A stretch of 63,615 nucleotides of DNA, filler included, from Licmophora abbreviata (lineage: Eukaryota): NCBI GenBank assembly GCA_900291995.1. It is 11 parts of 11 records of this genome, joined end to end, with 100 filler letters (N's around TTAATTAATTAA, not from the genome) between each part and the next. Parts side by side here need not be neighbours in the genome. Positions count along the whole stretch, not along the records: positions 59,804 to 62,449 come from OLMU01001230.1; positions 62,550 to 63,615 come from OLMU01001238.1; 9 more parts are not named here. One strand, 5' to 3'. Positions 61,697-63,615 of this stretch are shown in pieces. The position numbers and the translations under genes were made by a program. The first letter of the stretch is position 1. The number at the start of each line of letters is the position of its first letter. The notes under the pieces are model-generated. The model searched no databases. It was not told the origin of the DNA and saw only the letters and a program-made list of their open reading frames with translations.

Positions 61697-62449
61697 CTAT
61701 TGATCTGTTAGCGAAACATCCAGGCATGCTTTAACTTCTCGTTTGAACCTCTCGACTATAAGGTCATACAGCGCAAGATCGTTTTCATTCCATGTCCGAA
61801 TCAGCGCAAGGCTCTTGTCATCCAACAGGACCTTGCTTTTCGTTCCCTTATTCGTCTGAGGTATCTCAATGGATTCAGCTCCTCTAAAATACGCCGGAAG
61901 AAGCTTTTCAAGCATCGCAAGGGTAAGCTGGAACTCTTCAAGAAGACCAACAAAAAGGTACCGATCAAGATTGGAAGCTGCAGTTGCAAAGGCTACAGGT
62001 GACGAAATGTTTGAGCACTCTTGTCCGTGACCACAGAAGTATCGCGTCATACCGTTGTTATGAGTACAGTGAGCTGGTCTCTTGGCTGTCTCGAGACACT
62101 CCCGAATGTCATATACAGGGGAATCAAGGCCAGCACCATGCATGAAGTCCTTCATGTGCTTGTTAGCTCCCTCTCCTCGGCTAGCCTGTTTCAGGTAATA
62201 GAAGGTAGATATTACGCGGGAGATCGGCTCTCGGACCAGTTGCATATAGGCAGGACGCGGTGCCGAGGGAGCAATGTCATTGAAATCCTCGCCCAGATAA
62301 TGCACATGGTTCACATAAATGGCGGGCTTTCCTTCTGAGCTGGCATTGAGTGCGCGGACAAGAAACGGATCATCAAGCCGCTGAGAAGGACGAATGCCGT
62401 AGCGGTCGGAGAACTCAAGCTGAACATGGTTGGTCTTAGACATGTTTCG
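61697..62449 (-). CDS. Sulfotransferase (heparan sulfate/uronyl 2-O-sulfotransferase-like), 5' part lost in the gap
   Basis: 3'-PB motif VREPISRVISTFYY, MTRYFCG, YLFVGLLEEF and NENDLALYD. Confidence 0.8.
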   Translation of the reverse strand, partial: RNMSKTNHVQLEFSDRYGIRPSQRLDDPFLVRALNASSEGKPAIYVNHVHYLGEDFNDIAPSAPRPAYMQLVREPISRVISTFYYLKQASRGEGANKHMKDFMHGAGLDSPVYDIRECLETAKRPAHCTHNNGMTRYFCGHGQECSNISSPVAFATAASNLDRYLFVGLLEEFQLTLAMLEKLLPAYFRGAESIEIPQTNKGTKSKVLLDDKSLALIRTWNENDLALYDLIVERFKREVKACLDVSLTDQ

Positions 62450-62613
62450 NNNNNNNNNNNNNNNNNNNNNNNNNNNNNNNNNNNNNNNNNNNNTTAATTA
62501 ATTAANNNNNNNNNNNNNNNNNNNNNNNNNNNNNNNNNNNNNNNNNNNNACCCCCAACAGTTATACATAGACAGATTCCCATCAGAAAGGTTTGTGACCT
62601 TTCGACAATCCCA

Positions 62614-63302
62614 TTACGTCGTCTTTTTCTTTCGCCTCTTCTTTCCCAACATGGCAAAGGTCGTTCGAGAAGCCTTGCGTTTCTCTTCCTTTTCATCGTC
62701 CGAGGGTGGTACCGATGCAGGTACCAATGATGATGATGTTGTTGTTGTAGTAGTCGTACTCCCCATGACGGCATGACGGAGCGACTCTGCAATAGTCTTG
62801 GCATTTTCATCATCATCTTCACTACTTGCACTGTCCAACCGCATTCCAAACAGCGCATCCCGAGGACTCTTGGACATGACTCTTGGCGCACTACTGTTGG
62901 CTCCAGTAGCGGAGGAGGAACTCTTCTTCTTCCTACGGATCTCTGAAGTCTGCTTGTCGTGAAATGAGTCGTCGTCGTCGTCGTCGTGTCACTGGACCAT
63001 GCCTTGCGTTGCTGCTTGCGCTCTCGACGACGCGGTACCGACACTGCCACTGCGGATGTGTGAGGACTCGTGTTCATAGTAGTAGGTTTCACTGTGGATG
63101 ACGTTTCCTTTCTCCACTCTTCGTAGGCTACGTCCATCTTATCTTTGGCATGATCCAGTGCACGCTGTGTGCCTTGCAAGGTCCGTTGGGAAGCTTCTAC
63201 CTGCAGCAATGCCGCCTCGTGTCCCGCACGGGCAAGTTCGAAGGCATCCTCGCACTCGTTCCAGGAGGCCTTGTGTCGTTTGTAGGTTTCGTACAAGGAC
63301 AT
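62614..63302 (-). CDS. Hypothetical coiled-coil/low-complexity protein; apparent frameshift at about 62988
   Basis: N-terminal coiled coil. Restoring one G in the (GAC)n run gives SSDDDDDDSF...KKRRKKKTT*. Confidence 0.45.
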
Positions 63303-63615
63303 GTGAATGGAGTGGCGCGACTTTTATTGTGATAGTAGTATACTCTTGGGAAGACTAGGAGAAAAGAAACAATGCGGTGATAGGAACTATCAATGACACT
63401 ACTCGTATACGAGTAGCAGCGTGTCAGTTTTCGCCGGTGTGTTTTGGTGTGATGCGTTCCGCCGTGTCCTTTCCATCCTACTCCCCTGCGGCTGGATGTC
63501 GGGAATGCCAATACACTGTTCTAGTGATTTCTAATACCGCACTGTGAGAGAGTTTGTCTGTTCGTGCTGGCGCGCGCCATTCCAATTCCGAATCCCAGCA
63601 CGAGCTTTTGCAGTA

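Overview
This is gene-dense eukaryotic nuclear DNA with short GT-AG introns. It is most likely from a diatom-like stramenopile: there are ASAFAP-type bipartite plastid presequences, WRKY19-like Zn-finger and HA-domain proteins, and an Ambal-like LINE. It is a draft scaffold with ten 100-bp N/TTAATTAATTAA/N gap spacers, four of which fall inside colinear genes. The left end is a 5'-truncated non-LTR retrotransposon (RT + RNase H) that the ORF track missed. About 26 protein genes follow: HDAC3-type deacetylase, NCoR/SMRT-like SANT protein, NCS2 purine permease, two tandem ER-type ARM-like/Cys-module paralogs, eIF3g, plastid Mfd, ABHD hydrolase, TrmH methylase, a WRKY19-like Zn-finger protein, MON2, an LRR membrane protein, RmuC, LtrA, a TupA-like ATP-grasp, cardiolipin synthase, SERBP1/Stm1, Ubc6-like E2, MOSC, a CHD remodeller, an HA-domain protein, a sulfotransferase and several hypotheticals. 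The most notable signals are the head-to-head HDAC3/NCoR partner pair, an intronless bacterial-type RmuC beside two other bacterial-family genes, and a putative transcription factor with eight HxRxxS motifs. All family calls come from motif recognition by eye; no searches were run.
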